A DNA stretch of 51,675 bases, the filler included, from Catajapyx aquilonaris (taxonomy: Eukaryota): NCBI GenBank assembly GCA_000934665.2. It is 2 parts of 2 records of this genome, joined end to end, with 100 filler letters (N's around TTAATTAATTAA, not from the genome) between each part and the next. Parts side by side here need not be neighbours in the genome. Positions count along the whole stretch, not along the records: positions 25,924 to 51,675 come from JYFJ02005308.1; 1 more part is not named here. One strand, 5' to 3'. Shown in pieces: positions 49,001 through 51,675 of the stretch. The notes under the pieces were generated by a model. That model had not been told where the DNA came from, searched no databases, and saw only the letters and a program-made list of their open reading frames with translations. Each line of letters starts with the position of its first letter. Within the stretch, counting starts at the first letter, position 1. The position numbers and the translations under genes were made by a program.

Positions 49001-51425
49001 ACAATAGTAGATCACATTCAAGTCTTCTGGATAAACAATGTTTTCTTCTGATACAATGTGTGCTGCTACCCATTTCCTCCCCTCCCCCCAGTAAGTTTGG
49101 TCCTCTTCTCTTTTGAGACAGGTAGCTTGGAATACTATTTCGCCCTTGATTCCACCTGGCCCTATTGTCAAAACATTTCAGTTAGCAATGTCTAGAATGT
49201 CTTGTTTATGGACTGGTTTTCTTTATTAACCTGTTATTATTTTTACAGTATGTTTTGGTGATGTGATGCAGTGATGTTATCCTCATGGTTTGTCTGATTT
49301 GTGGTTGCTCTTTTTGGTAGGCTCATACACCAAGCTGCCTTGCTCAAAAGTTGTATCTTCAACACTATTTCAGTCACGTATTATTCTCAGGGGCTTATTG
49401 TTTTCGAAACACCCAATTTAATATATGTTAATATTCCCAAAGCAGTATTTGTAGTGCGGAAGACTTAAATTTTGAGTTTCTCAGGAAGATGGACAATTGA
49501 TAAGCAATGCTTCCATGACACGATCAGAGAACATAATAACGAAACAAATGAAAAGCAACAAATACTTCCGTACAAGCTCTGGACACTCGTTCATTTCTAG
49601 CACTGATGGGTGGTGGCATAGATGTGCCAACAAATTTGCTCAAAGCTTGGTAATACATATCGTGAGTAATCAAGTCAATCAAAGATTGAAATTTGAAATG
49701 GGTAGTGAGTACAGTTCGCATTATTGTAAATCAAGGAGTTTTTCCTTGCAATTCTTAAATAGTTTTTAAGGGCAATAATAATGGAGTCAGAGTACACATT
49801 GCAATCTTTATGGAGTTTTAAAATGTAAGATATGTACTACTGTTTGAGTTATTAAAGTGTGTATATTTAGAAAGTACAAAAAATTTGTTTTATTTCTAAT
49901 TCATTTTATGGAAGTTTACCACAGCTGATGTAACTCACAAATCACGACTTCGTGCTACAGATGTGAAATATATGCAAGTACTAGCCGTACCTGACTTATG
50001 TAGTTCCAACATATATGTAGATATGGACTTATGTAAAAACATTCCACCATATGCAACAAAAAATCTACATAACAAACTGATCAAAATATGCCAGAAATTA
50101 TGAAAAAAAAAGTGAAATTTCGGCTCATGGCAACTCAAAACTGCTCGCCGAGACTCATTCTCTCACGCAGTTTACATGTGATGAACATTTTCCCCCCACT
50201 TCTGGGTGAATCCCGGCCTTCCTTCTGGCAACAATCTCAATATTGAATATGACAGTGACTTCAATACCAATGTATCAAGTACAGTACTGTATGCTGTGTA
50301 ATTTTAAAAACAGGTTCCGAGTTGCATAATATTATTTTGACTTATATAGTGTTGTGGAACGATCCATTTACATAAGTTGGGGGACTGGTTGTAACTTGGA
50401 AATTTATTATTTTCAAAACTGGAGTCATGCTACTGTCATGTACAGTATATTTGCAGGAATGAGAAAAAAAATGTCTGGATGATGGTAAGTATACTCAGGC
50501 GTTTCTTTGACTATCTTGATAAGTAGCCTACAGGTGATACAGACGTACCATTTTTTATGCTGTTTTATGCCAGTAATTGGTTACAGCAGCATAAATGGCA
50601 TAAATGGCTAAAATGAGACAAAATTATAACGCAAGTGAATATAAGATAGGCTGGAAAATTTTCCAGATTTTCTCACAGACAGTTTTAATATTGCTATTTT
50701 TCATGCTGAGTATTTGAAACATTTACTACACACATATGGGAGGTTCCAGGTTGAGGGTCAGCAGGTTCTGAGGGTTCCTTTCTCTTGTTTGGCATGAACT
50801 GCCATACACCAAGAGCTATTAGCTCTTGAGTACACCTAGTGTATTATAACCGTGATTATAACAATGGACCATACAGTAGGCCTACTTCAGGGAGGGCAGA
50901 GGCCAATAATACAGATTTTTACCAATTTTCAAATGTAATTTTGAAAGCAGCTTTAATGTGAAGGGGTATGAAGTGGCATAAAACAGGTACCACCCAATGA
51001 CGTAGAGAAAATAGACCGCTTAACCCAAAGCAGCTAGCTCCATCAACCTGAATGGCGAATCCTATTGAGCAAAACGGCGAATAGCGAGTAGCAGCATAGC
51101 TAGAACTCCTGCTTTTTGAGGGCTACCAATGCACCGAATATCAAGAAAATCGGTGAGACCTTGGAAAGTGTCCCTTGTGTGTTCGAGAGGTCATAACTTT
51201 TGACCTTGTGGGCATCCGCCAAAATTGTTTGCATTTTCTTTGATAACTTATACCTGCCTATATTATTGTCCCAAGTTGCATTCAGAAACTCCACTGACAA
51301 CATTTACACTTCCCTTGTCAGCTAACTCAAACTCTTGCGTCATAATTGGTTGTCCATTGGTACACAGAATAATAGACAATTATTATGAATACGAGTAATT
51401 TCCATGCTTCTGGCAACTAGTGACC

Positions 51426-51475
51426 AGCGGCGGATTTCCCATAGGCACAGTAGGCACTGGCCTAGGGGCGGCCGC
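51426..51475. mobile_element. left terminus of a non-autonomous DNA element
   Basis: cagcggcggatttcccataggcacagtaggcactggcctaggggcggcc, an abrupt GC/CpG-rich TE-type end. The partner is outside the window. Confidence 0.45.
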
Positions 51476-51627
51476 GAGTTGCAATAAATAATATTTCTCA
51501 AATACAATAATAAGAAATGATGGCGAGATCACAAAGAAAAGCAAATTGTTGACAGCTTGATTTGCCAATTGCCAACGGGCCGCCATAACTTTCCATATAA
51601 TATTTTTAAAATCAAATAGCATTCAAT

Positions 51628-51675
51628 CAGCGGTTCTCAAACTGTGGGGTGCGCCCCCCTGGGGGGGGGGGGGGG
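51628..51675. mobile_element. left end of hAT (Charlie/Buster-like) element, cut by window edge
   Basis: cagcggttctcaaactgtgggg...gcgccccc is a typical hAT TIR and subterminal sequence. Confidence 0.6.

Noticed and set aside
48370..49770. 158-aa ORF (48695-49171) and neighbours as a gene or gypsy remnant
   Set aside because: No recognisable domain or splice structure; needs a TBLASTX/Dfam search.
1..51675. Most 60-200 aa ORFs in the supplied track
   Set aside because: No recognisable domains. Many start at TTG/GTG, overlap TEs on both strands or run through N gaps, as expected by chance in eukaryotic intronic DNA.

Overview
Eukaryotic, intron-rich genomic DNA, almost certainly from an arthropod (TTAGG repeat, insect-type mub protein, tRNA-SINEs). 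The window is probably two unrelated scaffolds joined by an artificial 100-bp spacer (N44-TTAATTAATTAA-N44, 25824-25923). The left part (1-25823) has normal CpG content and is mostly intronic or intergenic. It holds many MITEs and SINEs, one convincing orphan coding exon (15799-15923, start of a VWC-like module) and several candidate minus-strand non-coding exons. The right part (25924-51675) is strongly CpG-depleted and holds the 3' half of the poly(rC)-binding KH-domain gene mub/PCBP on +. That includes three constitutive exons (linker and KH3), two alternative last coding exons (36205-36595 and 44041-44125) and a candidate 48-nt cassette exon behind a C-rich tract. The computed ORF track misses most real exons and is largely noise. 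I see no prokaryote-type novel system (no CRISPR, operon or intact transposase). The best leads are mub isoform control, a methylation contrast readable in transposon copies, 3'-3' fold-back Tc1/mariner elements and modular SINEs. Protein and TE family assignments are from memory, not from searches.
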